Assembly (NCBI RefSeq): GCF_006345805.1
Contig: NC_043012.1
Coordinates: forward strand, 16,678,001-16,742,000
Direction: 5' to 3'
Origin: Octopus sinensis
Taxonomy: Eukaryota
Length of the DNA stretch: 64,000 nucleotides
Shown: piece after piece, positions 1 to 12,273 of the stretch
Position numbering within the stretch: the stretch's first letter is position 1
Layout: each line of letters begins with the position of its first letter
Position numbers and translations under genes: made by a program
Notes under the pieces: generated by a model
What the model was told of the DNA's origin: nothing
Seen by the model: the letters and a program-made list of their open reading frames with translations, nothing else
Databases searched by the model: none

Positions 1-953
1 ATATCCAGTGACCTAAATAGTTGCATGACTTGCTAGAAATAGCAGTCAACTCTCCCTCAGATCACACTTTTCAATTGCAATGGATCAATGACAGATCATC
101 TAAATAGTTGCTCGACTTGCTAGAAATAGCAGTGAAGCCGCCCTCAGATCTCACTTTTCTATTCTAATGCACCAATGTCATATCCTCTAAATTGTTGCTT
201 TACTTGCTAGAAATAGCAGTCAAATCGCCTACAGATCACACTTTTCTATTGTAATGGACCAATATCAGATCTACTAAATAGTTGCTTGACTAGCTAGAAA
301 TAGCTTTCAAATCTCCCTCAGATAACACTTTTCTATTCTAATTGACCAACGTCAGATCATCTAAATAGTTCCTTGAGTTGCTAGAAATAACATTCAAATC
401 GCCCTCATATCAACCTTTTCTATTCTAAAGTAACAATGTCAGATCCTCTGAATTGTTGCTTAACTTGCAAAAGAAATAGCAGTCAAAAACTCCCTGAAAT
501 CTCTCAGTATTTTCTAATGGATCAATATCAGATCCCCTAAATTGTTGCATGACATGCAAGAACTAGCAGTCAAGTCTCCCTCAGATCACATTTTCCTATT
601 CTAATGGACCAAGGTCAGATCCTCTAAATAGTTGCTTGAGTTGCTAGAAACAGCAGTCAATCTCCCTCAGATCTCTCTCTAGTATTCTAAAGGACCAATG
701 CCCTAAATTGTTGCTTGACTTGCAGAAATATCAGTTAAATCTCCCTCAGATCTCTCTTTACTATTGTAATGGACCAATTTTAGAACCACTAAATAGTTGC
801 CTGACTTGCTAGAAATAGCAGTCAAATCTCCCTCAGATCTTTCTATACTACCAATGTCAGATCCCCTAAATAGTTGCTTGACTTGCTAGAAATAGCAGTC
901 AAATCTTCCTCAGATGTCAATTTCCTATTCAAATGGAACAATGTCAGATCCTC

Positions 954-1510
954 CTTTGTTAGCCGCTCTCCAGCCATCTATTTAAAACTGTATACAGCTA
1001 TGGTACGACCACACTTGGAATTCGCATCATCAGTTTGGAACCCCTATCTTGCTCAGAACATTGACCTCCTGGAATCAGAGACGTGCAACCAAACGCATAC
1101 CCTCCATCAGACACCTACCATATTCTGAGCGCCTTGTTTCCCTGGGCATGGATTCACTGAAGCTCCGGCGTCTGGCGACAGACTTGGTAAACGCCCACAA
1201 AGTTGTCAACCACCTCACCAATAACAACACTGAACACCTTTTTGATCTCCATGTGTCTAACACACGTGGACATGCCTACAAAGTCAGAAAACAACACAGC
1301 TCCCATGACTTTCGGAAACATTTCTTCACGCTCAGAGTTGCTGAAGCATGGAATAAACTGCCTGCATCAGTTGTTGACTGCCATGACACTGCATCCTTTA
1401 AGGCCCTCATGCTTTCCGAAATCCGCCAAAACTACACCTGATTAAATATGCACTTTAGATGAGTTGTAGTGCACCTGAGCACTGTACACAATGTTTATTA
1501 TTATTATTAT
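954..1510 (+). mobile_element. 5'-truncated CR1-clade LINE 3' end (ORF2 C-terminus, frameshifted) inserted in the satellite
   Basis: ORFs 874-1128 and 1049-1441 give LYTAMVRPHLEFASSVWNPY / QRRATKRIP..YSERL..L..RR..DL / TRGHAYK..RKHFFTLRV..WNKLP, typical of the CR1/L2 ORF2 tail. A (TTA)n tail follows, and the satellite resumes in register (gatcctc | taaatag). Confidence 0.9.
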
Positions 1511-4100
1511 TAAATAGTTGCTTGACTTGCTAGAAATAGCAGTCAAACTCCCTCCATTCATACATTTCTATTGTAATGGACCAATGCCAGATCCTCAAAA
1601 TACATTCTCGATTTAGTAGAAATAGAAGTCAAATCTCCCTCAGATCATACTTTTTTATTCTAATGGACCAATGTCAGACCCTTGAGAGTGTTGCTTGTCT
1701 TGCTAGAAATAGCAGCCAAATCTCCCTCAGATCACACTTATATATTCTATTGGACCAATGTCAGATCTTCTAAATGGTTGCCTGACTTGCTAGAAACAGC
1801 AGTCAATCTCCCTCAGATCTCTCTCTAGCATTCTGAAGGACCAATATACGATCCCCTATATAGTTGCTTGACTTGCTAGAAATAGCAGTCAAATGTCCCT
1901 CAGATAACACTTTACTATTGTAATAGACCAATTTTAGATCTTTTAAATAGTTGCTTCACTCGTTAGAAATAGCTGTCAAATCTCCTTCGGATCACACTTT
2001 TCTACTCCAATGGAACAATGTCAGATCCTCTAAATAGTTGCTTTCTTGCTAGGAATAGCAGTCCAGTCTGCCTCTGATCTCTCTGTTCTATTCCAGTGGA
2101 CCAATGTCAGTTCCTCTAAATAGTTGCTTGTCTTGCTAGAAATAGCAGTCAGATGTCCATCAAATCACACTGTACTATTTTTATGGGTCAATGTCATATT
2201 CTCTAAATAGGTTCTTGACTTGCTATAAATAGTAGTCAAATCTCCCTCAAATCACACTGTACAATTTTAATGGTTGAATGTCAGACCCTCCAAATAAGTG
2301 ATTTACTTGCTAGAAATAACAGTCAAATTCCCCACAAATCTCACTTTACTTTTCTAATTGGCCAACATCTTAGATCCTCTAAATAGTTGCTTGACTTGCT
2401 AGAAATAACAGTCAACTCTTCCACAGATCATACTTTGCTATTCTAATGGAACAATGTCAGATCCTATAAATAGTTGCTTGACGTCCTAGAAATAGCTGTC
2501 AAAATCTCTTTCCAGTCACACTGTACTATTTTAATCAACCAATGTCAGATCTTTTAAATAGTTGCATGTCTTCCAAAAAATAGCAGCCAAATCTCCCTCA
2601 AAGCACACTGTACTATTTTATCATGCCAATTTCAGATCCTCTAAATAACTGATTGACTTGCTAGAAATAGCCTTCAAATCTCATTTAAATCACATGTACT
2701 ATTTAAATGGGCCAGCATGAGATGTTTTAAATAGTTGCTTGGCCTGCTAGAAATAGCAGTTGAATGTCCCTCAAATCACTCTCTAAATAGTTGCTTGACT
2801 TGCAAGAAATAGCAGTCAAATCTCCCCCAAATCACACTGTACTATTTTAATGGGTTAATGTCTGATACTCTAAATTAGTGATTGACTTGCAAGAAATAGG
2901 AGTCACATCTACCTTATATCACACTGTACTATTTAAATGGGCCCAAGTCAGATTCTCTAAATAGTTGCTTGACTTGCGAGAAATATCAGTCAAATATCCC
3001 TATAATTACACTTTTCTATTCTAAACGATTAATGTCAGATCCTCTAAATAGTTGCTTGACTTGTTAGAAATAGCAGTCAAAATCCCTCAGATTACTGCTC
3101 TGTTCTAATGGACCAATTTCAGATTCTGTAAATAGTTGCCTGACCTGCTAGAAATAGCAGTCAGATCACCCTCAGATTACTTTGTTCTATTCTAATAGAT
3201 CAATGTTGGATCCTCTAAATAGTTGCTTGACTAGCAAGAAATATCAGTCAAATCTACCTCAGATCTCTCTGTACTATTCTAATGTCAGATCCTCTAAATA
3301 GTTAATTAACTTGTTAGAAATAGCAGTCAAACCTCTCTCATATCACTTTTCCATCTAGCAATGGACCAATATCAGATCCCTTAAATAGTTGCTTGACTTG
3401 CTAGAAATAGCAGTCAAATCTCCCTCAGATCACTGTTCTATTCTAATGGACCAATATCAGTTCCCTTATATAGTTGCTTGAGTTGTTAGAAATAGCAGTC
3501 AAATCTCCCTTGGATTACACTTTTTTATTCCAATGGACCAATGTCAGATTCTGTAAATAGTTGCTTGACTTGCTAGAAATAGCAGTCAAATCTCGCTTAG
3601 ATCTCTCTGTACCATTTTAATGAACCGATATCAGATCCTCTAAATAGTTGCTTGACTTGCTAGAAATAGCAGTCAAATCACCTTCAAATTACTCTGTGTC
3701 AGATGTCCCTCAAATCACACTGTACTATTTTAAAGGGCCGATGTCATATCCTCTAAATAGCTGCTTGACGTGCTAGAAATAGTAGTCAAATCTCCCTCAA
3801 ATCACACTGTACAATTTTAAATTGTGAATGCTCTAAATAAGTAATTCACTTGCTAGAAATAGCAGTCAAATCTACCACAAATCACACTTTACTTTTTTAA
3901 TGGGCCAACATATTAGATCCACCAAATAGTTCCTTGACTTGCTAGAAATAGCAGTCACATCTCCCTCAGATCTCCCTGTACCATTCTAATGGTTAATGTC
4001 TGATACTCTAAATTAGTGATTGACATCCTAGAAATAGCAGTCAAATCTACCTTATATCACACTGTACTATTTAAATGGGCCAAAGTTAGATCCTCTAGAT

Positions 4101-4330
4101 CAGGGGTGGGCGAACTTTTTTGATCGCGGGCCGCACAGTGCGTCTTTGGAACCTTGGCGGGCCTCATTTGTAAAAATCAAGTCGAAATATTTTTAAAGGC
4201 GGTTATAGACCTATAAACACACAATTGATTGAAAGGAAATTTTGTGAAATATTCCTCTCGGCGGGGGGGGCCGCATGAAAACCTATGGCGGGCCGCATGC
4301 GGCCCGCGGGCCGTAGTTTGCCCACCCCTG
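4101..4330. mobile_element. Non-autonomous hAT (Charlie-type) MITE, 230 bp
   Basis: TIRs caggggtgggcgaact / agtttgcccacccctg; exact 8-bp TSD ctctagat at 4093-4100 and 4331-4338. Confidence 0.93.
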
Positions 4331-5614
4331 CTCTAGATAGTTGCTTGACTTGCTAGAAATAGCAGTCAAATCTTCCTCACATCCCACTCTACTATTTCAA
4401 TGGGTTAACATCAGATCCTTTAAACAGTTGCTTGATTTGCTAAAAATAGGAGTCACATCTCCCTCAACTTTCACTGTATTATTTCAATGGGCCAATGTCA
4501 GAACCTCGACATAACTGACTGAATTACTAGAAATAGCAACCAAATCTCCCTCATATCACACTGTACTCTTTTAATGGGCCGACGTCAGATCCAGTAAATA
4601 GCTGCTTATATTGCAAGAAATAGCAGTCAAATCTCCCTCAAATCACACTTTACTATTTTAATGGTCCAACATGAAATCCTCTAAATAGTTGCTTGACTTG
4701 CTAGAAATAGCAGTCAAATTGCCATCAAATCACACTTGTATTTTGATGGGTTCATGTCAGATTCTCCGAAGAAGTGATTGAAATGAAGAAACAGCAGCCA
4801 AATCTTCCTGAAATCACACATGTTCTATTTTAATGGACCAGCATAAGATCCTGTAAATAGTTGCTTGACTTGCAAGAAATAGTAATCAAATCTCCCTTAA
4901 ATAACACCATACTATTTTAATGGGCCAATGTCAGAACCTCTAAATAGTTGTTTGACTTGCAAGAAATAGCAGCCAAATCTCCCTCAAATCAAACTGTACT
5001 ATTTTAATGAGCCAATGTCAGATCCTCTAAATAACTTATTGACTTGCTAGAAATAGTAGTCAAATCTCACTGAAAACATACTGTACTATTTTAATGGGCC
5101 CAAATAGTTGCTTGATTGCTTGACCTGCAAGAAATAGCAGCCAAATATGTCTGAAAACAACCTGATCATTTTTAATGAATTAACAAGAAATCTTCTATAT
5201 AGTCTTTCAAATATAACTATTACATCTTGAAAACAGGACAGATTGGATAAATTTAGTTCTAGATACACTATATTCTAGAAAACAATGAAAAAGGACGTCC
5301 ATGGCTTGAGTACCTTTAATCATAGAACTGCTTGCTTGATCGGAGTTCACTCAGGGCAAAGCAGCAACATATATTTTAGATTTGTTTAGGAATTGGGGTT
5401 GGCCACCTGGACATTTCACCAAAACTGTTAATTGAACTTAAAACAAAAGATGTCTAACTAAAAGTGCACCTGGCATTGTTATACCATCAACCTTGTGCCA
5501 TTATACATACATACATACATACATACAAACATACATACATACATACATACAAATATATATACATGTACATATGCATTCACACACACACACACACACCACA
5601 CACACACACACACA

Positions 5615-5689
<75 letters not shown>

Positions 5690-6436
5690 TTGCATGTGTA
5701 GTGTATATGCAGATTTAATACAAGTTCTCCTTGAGACCTCTCACAGCACCAGTTTCCTTTCTTGGTAATTATAGTAATCAAAGCACCTAATTTCTAAATT
5801 TAATTAGATTCTTTTTTTCCTTTGTTGTTGTTTAAAGAGTGCTTTTTTAACAGTTTTTTTTTTAATTTAAACAAAAGCTGAAGGTTAAATTTCCTTTCAG
5901 CTATTGGTCACTATTGGTCAATATTGGTCACTAACTATGGGCTTTTGTATTGTGGGTTTATCGAGTGACCTTACTACACTGGACTTGAACCTGCTCACCA
6001 AAATGATAAAAAAAGAAAGAAAGAAAGGAAGAAAGGGAAAACCTTAATTTGAACTATTTCCAAGAAAAAAATAAATGGAAAAAGATTGGTTTAATTAGTA
6101 CAGTTCTATATTGATGTAAACAAACCTGTCTCGTTAGTAATTTCACTCACACCCTGTTAAGTATAGTTGGATAGTGTCATTAGTACTTGCTGCTGTTATA
6201 CACATACTCTTCTGTCGCCTCCTCCTCCTCCTCCACCTAATCCTCCCTCTAAGAGGTCTATCAACCTGCTAGAAATATCAGCTAAATCTCCTTTAAGTCA
6301 CACACTACCATCTCAGAAAAAAAAAAATCAGGAAAAAGGTGCAAGTGTGGATGTGTGGTAAGAAAATTAGTACTGGTGTCTGATTATTGAATATTGTTAA
6401 CCAAATTCTTTTAAATCTTGGTGCTTTATTTATATC

Positions 6437-6853
6437 TCTTTACTCTTTTACTCTTTTACTTGTTTCAGTCATTTGACTGCGGCCATGCTGGAGCACCGCC
6501 TTTAGTCGAGCAAATTGACCCTGGGACTTATTCTTTGTAAGCCCAGTACTTATTCTATCGGTCTCTTTTGCTGAACCGCTAAGTGACGGGGACGTAAACA
6601 CACCAGCATCGGTTGTCAAGCAATGCTAGAGGGACAAACACAGACACACAAACATATACACACACACTTATATATATATATACATATATATGACAGGCTT
6701 CTTTCAGTTTCCGTCTACCAAATCCACTCACAAGGCATTGGTCGGCCCGGGGCTATAGCAGAAGACACTTGCCCAAGATGCCACGCAGTGGGACTGAACC
6801 CGGAACCATGTGGTTGGTTAGCAAGCTACTTACCACACAGCCACTCCTGCGCC
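6437..6853 (-). mobile_element. tRNA-derived SINE family A, full-length copy with internal microsatellite
   Basis: Reverse complement of the 8963-9390 copy: head ggcgcaggagtggctgtgtggtaag, B-box-like gggttcagtcc, tail gactgaaacaagtaaaagagtaaaagag. Confidence 0.85.
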
Positions 6854-6946
6854 TATATCTACCTGGAAATTTTTAATTCTGTTTTTTCTTCTACATACAT
6901 ACATACATACATACATAAATATATATATATATATATTATATATATA

Positions 6947-7008
<62 letters not shown>

Positions 7009-7487
7009 TTAGAGAAAATCCACTATTATGCTATTCAAACAATGATAGACGTGAATCATGCCATATAGAAAAAATAAAATATATAATAAAATATATAATA
7101 AAATATATAATAAATAATATATAATAAATAATATATAATAAAATATATAATAAAACATTTACCTACAGTACAGTACATAATAAAAAAGAGTATATAATTA
7201 ATATATGATATTAATTACATACTGTTTATTATTATGTACTATATTGTGATCCAGGTAAATGTTTTAGCATATATTTTTTTTTTTCTATATGGCATGATCT
7301 ACATCTATCATTGTTTGAATTACATAATAGTGGTTTTTCTCTAATTTATATATATATATTGTGAAATTTAATTTAATACTAAATTGAATTTTTCCCTGTA
7401 AGTTTGGAGTTATACTCCCTAATATTATTATTTTTATCATACATACATACATACATAAATATATATATATATGTGAATATATATATA

Positions 7488-7538
<51 letters not shown>

Positions 7539-8228
7539 TATATATGCGCACACACACACACATGCACGCACATATATATCATGCCAGCATTAAAGGCGGA
7601 TGTTGAATGATGATGATGATGATGCTCATTTACAAGGAACATGTTATGTCAAGACAAGGGTACACACAATTACATAAACACACATAGACAGTGAACGATG
7701 TGAGTGCAGAGTACCAAAAGCACAAGTTACACTAGGCTGAGCATATCACAAGGTTCACAGACAGCAAGTGGGTCCACTCAACATCAAGACACCTGTTTCT
7801 GTCTCTCTGTCTCACTACAATCTTTCATCATCTAACACAAGATCACCCCCCTCCAATGCCCCCATCCCTCTCAATAGATTTTTGTCTTGCAAGTTACTTG
7901 GTGACCCTGTCAGTGCAGGTGCCACTTAAAAAGCACTCAGTCCACACTGTAAACTGGTTGGCATTTGGAAGGGCATCCAACTATAAAGAGCTTGCCAAAA
8001 CTGACCTCACTTGTGCTGGTGCCACGTAAAAAGTGCCATGTCCACTCTGCTGGAAGGACATCTAGTTGTAAAAATCCTGTCAAAGCAGTCACAGAAGTCT
8101 GGTGCAAGCTTCTGCCAGGCCAGTTCTGGTCAAACTGTCCCATTCATGCCAGCACGGATGGCAGATGTTAAACGATGATGATACATACATACATACATAT
8201 ATGTGTGTGTGTATGTATATATATATAT

Positions 8229-8278
<50 letters not shown>

Positions 8279-8302
8279 ATATATATATTTATACACACAC
8301 AC

Positions 8303-8333
<31 letters not shown>

Positions 8334-8391
8334 ATGATACATACATTCATACATACATATATATGTGTGTGTGTATGTATATATTTATATT

Positions 8392-8426
<35 letters not shown>

Positions 8427-8531
8427 ATATATATATTTATACACACACACATATATGTATGTATGTATGTATGTATGATGATACATACATTCATACATAC
8501 ATATATATGTGTGTGTGTATGTATATATTTA

Positions 8532-8574
<43 letters not shown>

Positions 8575-8917
8575 AGTTAATCCAAACGAGAAAACACAGA
8601 AAAAAACACAAGGACGTGGAACAATTAAAGTATTATTTGACGCTCAGGAAACACTTGATCACATGACTGACCAGGTTATCAGATTTTGTTACACATCACT
8701 AGTCACAATGTTCATTTTACATTGTTTTAGCCTTCAAATGATGCCACCCCGCTGGCTAGGTGAGCAGGCCAACATTTCCCCCAGGTCAAAAGGGGGACTG
8801 GAGCAATGTCAAACGAAGTGTTTTGCTCAAGAGCACAACATGCCACCCAGTGAGGGAAATGAACCCACAATGTAGCAATCGTGAGTGCAACAGCCTAACC
8901 ACTAGGCCATACACCTT

Positions 8918-8958
<41 letters not shown>

Positions 8959-8962
8959 GTAT

Positions 8963-9390
8963 AGGCGCAGGAGTGGCTGTGTGGTAAGTAGCTTGCTAAC
9001 CAACCACATGGTTCCGGGTTCAGTCCCACTGCGTGGCATCTTGGGCAAGTATCTGCTGCTATAGCCCTGGGCTGACCAATGCCTTGTGAGTGGATTTGGT
9101 AGACGGAAACTGAAAGAAGCCTGTCGTATATATGTATATATATATATTATATATATATATGTATGTGTGTGTGTTGTGTGTGCCCCCCCCCTAGCATTGC
9201 TTGACAACCAATGCTGGTGTGTTTATGTCCCCCTCACTTAGCGGTTCGGCAAAAGAGACCGATAGAATAAGTACTGAGCTTACAAAAGAATAAGTCCCGG
9301 GGTCGAGTTGCACGACTAAAATGCGGTGCTCCAGCATGGCCGCAGTCAAATGACTGAAACAAGTAAAAGTGTAAAGAGTAACAAGAGTAT
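8963..9390 (+). mobile_element. tRNA-derived SINE family A. Other copies lie at about 12015-12390(-), 16405-16790(-), 17555-17970(-), 20546-20710(+), 46965-47360(+), 47380-47740(-), 53022-53483(+) and 60823-61200(-).
   Basis: Pol III A/B-box-like head, conserved body (gtgagtggatttggtagacggaaactgaaagaagc; ggcggtgctccagcatggccgcagtc), A-rich tail; many near-identical dispersed copies in the window. Confidence 0.85.
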
Positions 9391-9714
9391 ATCATCATCA
9401 TCATCATCATTTAGTGTCCGTTTTCCATGCTAGCATGGGTTGGACGGTTCAGCTGGGGTCTGTGAAGCCAGAAGGCTGCATCAGGCCCAGTCAGATCTGG
9501 CAGTGTTTCTACGGCTAGATGCCCTTCCTAACGCCAACCACTCCGTGAGTGTAGTGGGTGCTTTTTACGTGCCACCCGCACGTAAATATACATATTTTTA
9601 TATATAAACATGAGGGTCATGACCAAACTGTGCCTTTGTTTATATAGATCTTGATCAGAACTTATTTCAAGGGCTAAACAAAAACAACAACAATAACAGA
9701 AGCAGAATGCCTAT

Positions 9715-9745
<31 letters not shown>

Positions 9746-10300
9746 CTTTTCTTTCTCTTTTGTTTTACTCTCTACATTTCACTTCTAAAATCTGGCAGAA
9801 TGCCACCCACTCTTCAATTTATAGAACACACAAATCCATAGCCATGCCACCCCAGACACTCAAGCACCCAGCTTTCAAATTCCTCTGCTTTCCCCCATTC
9901 CCTTCTCTCCACCACTTCTTCCTCTAAGAGTGGAAATCGGTAATATCCAGGGTATTAATTAACTATTTTTCTCATTACTTCTTTATCCCATTTTGGCCAA
10001 TTTTCCTCAGGCCAATCAGTCAGTCAGTCACATGGTCACTCACCATTCAATCAACCAGTCACTTGCAAATGTCTTTTCCTCTCTCTCTCTCCTCCTCTTC
10101 CTCCCCCTTTCTTTCTCTTTCACTTCTACCACATTGCTCTTTCCTCCCCCCTCCCTCTCTTATTCCCCTCATTATCTTACTCCTCACCTTCCTCTTTCTC
10201 CCAGGTTCTTTCCTTTGTATTCCACCAGGTGTATAACTGAAGAAAACACACTGCTGAGTGTTTCTCCATTGTCTTTTCACCTGAGGGGCTCAGTCCCTGA

Positions 10301-10335
10301 TATAAGAGATAGCCTCGTAAACGTTACTTCTCAGT
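10301..10335 (+). promoter_or_regulatory. Core promoter: TATA-like box (TATAAGAG, 10301) and initiator (TCAGT, 10331)
   Basis: TATA-to-Inr spacing of ~30 nt, 30 nt upstream of a good-context ATG (acaacATG) that opens the signal-peptide exon. Confidence 0.65.
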
Positions 10336-10365
10336 AAGACAGATTTGAGACAACAGGAGCACAAC

Positions 10366-10411
10366 ATGAAGTTCCTTCTGACATTGGTCGTCTTTTTTTT
10401 CTCAATTATGG
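10366..10411 (+). CDS. Exon 1 (signal peptide) of a secreted tandem 12-Cys-module protein: MKFLLTLVVFFFSIM(V)
   Basis: MK followed by a hydrophobic core. The phase-1 donor G|GTAAGT at 10412 joins exon 2 in frame to give ...SIMVCG-HS, a plausible cleavage site. Confidence 0.75.
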
Positions 10412-11339
10412 GTAAGTCAAACCAAATCCTTTCTACCTGATTGATATCTTGAAGTGATTAGTCTTATATTGAAATATCATTAATTAATTAATTAACTGTT
10501 TTTCATATATATATATAAATATATATGCATATGTGTGTGTGTATGTGTGTGTGTGTGTAAGCATCATTATCATCACCATCATCACAACCATCATCATCAT
10601 CATCTATATTTTTTGATGTGCATTTTTTTGATCCATGCTTGCATGCATCAGCAGCACATTAGTGAATTAGATCTTTTTTACAACTGGGTGCTCTTCCTCT
10701 CACCAAGGATGCCTTAAGGCATGGGCACACTGGACTGTTATCCAAGGGCTTCAGGTGTTTAGGGCACAACTCTAATCTATGTATGCTATGGCTTGCTGTC
10801 AATAAATAGATACTATAGGGTCCAGTGCCCAGGGACCTATAAAGCTACTGTCATGATCCTGGTCAACCCTGACTTGTTTCCAATCTAGCGAAATTTTCCT
10901 CTGGTCCTTCAAACACAAATTGTTCCATGGCCAGAGATATTTTCAGAAAAGATTGCGGATGCAAAACTCAGGTTGTATAAAAGTGACAGTTTCTTTTTAC
11001 AATAAGCAAGTAAAGACAACAAAAACACCCATCGACACATATACACATACACACGTGCACACATGTAATGGGCTTCTATCAGTTTCCATTCACCAAATCC
11101 ACTCGCAAGGCTTTTGCTGGCTTGGGGTTATAGTGGCAGACATTAGTTTGTCAAAGGTATGGTGCAGTGGGATTGATCCCGGAAACATGGAGTTGAAAAG
11201 CAAGAATCTTAACTACACAGCTATGCATGTGCCTACATGTATACACACACATACATGCATACACACACAGACACAGACACACATAAGTATGCATGTGTAA
11301 TTAAAAATATATATATGTATATATATATATCTATATCTA

Positions 11340-11372
<33 letters not shown>

Positions 11373-11457
11373 GGATCAGAGCAGTTTTATTCAAATTTGT
11401 TGGTACTCCAAGTTTCAAGCATGGTGCTAAACTTCAGCTATCCGAATTTGAATTTGT

Positions 11458-11505
<48 letters not shown>

Positions 11506-11967
11506 GAAATTAGTAAAAAGTGAAAAACTACAGAAGGCTTCTGTAGTTTTTTCACTTTTTACTATTTTCTATATATTCAACCACGTGCTTTCACAAACCA
11601 ACTTTCTTGTGTATCATCATCATCATCTCGTCGTTTAACGTCCGTTCTCCATGCTAGCATGGGTTGGACGGTTCGACCGGGGTTCTGGGAAGCCAGAAGG
11701 CTGCACCAGGCTCCAGTCTAATTTGGCAATGTTTCTACAGCTGGATGCCCTTCCTAACGCCAACCACTCCGTGATGTAGTGGGTGCTTTTTACGTGCCAC
11801 CTGCACAGGTGCCAGGCGGGGCTGGCAACGGCCACGGTCAGATTGGTGTATTTTATGTGCCACCGGCACGGAAGCCAGTCGAGGCGGTGCTGGCATCGGC
11901 CACGAGTCGGATAGTGCTTTTTACGTACCACCAGACCAGGGATCCTGGCTGGTTCAATTCGATTTCG

Positions 11968-12009
<42 letters not shown>

Positions 12010-12234
12010 TTTTTCTTTTATTCTTTTACTTGTTTCAGTCATTTGGCTGCAAACATGCTGGGGCACCACCTTTAGTCGAACAAATTAATCCCTGTGCTTA
12101 CTCTTTGTAAGCCTAGTACTTATTCTATCGGTCTCTTTTGCCGAACTGCTAAGTTATGGGGACGTAAACCCACCAACATCGGTTGTCAAGCAATGGTGGA
12201 GAAACAAACACAGACACACAAATATATACATACT

Positions 12235-12273
<39 letters not shown>

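Larger units (their letters stand above)
1..5150. repeat. Satellite array, ~87-bp monomer (aatgtcagatcctctaaatagttgcttgacttgctagaaatagcagtcaaatctccctcagatcacacttttctattctaatggacc), diverged copies, runs off the left edge
   Basis: The motif tgctagaaatag recurs at 31, 118, 205 etc. (87-bp period). The array is interrupted at 954-1510 and 4101-4330. Confidence 0.95.

Noticed and set aside
1-5150. CRISPR-like or hammerhead-containing satellite
   Set aside because: The segments between the conserved hairpins are homologous to each other rather than unique spacers, and I found no CTGANGA core in the consensus on either strand.
5464-5781. HTHT/CVCV/YIYI ORFs here and throughout the window (e.g. 8175-8875, 33678-34398, 57049-57718)
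   Set aside because: These are translations of (CA)n, (TA)n and (TACA)n microsatellites, open in several frames, with no splice or compositional support.
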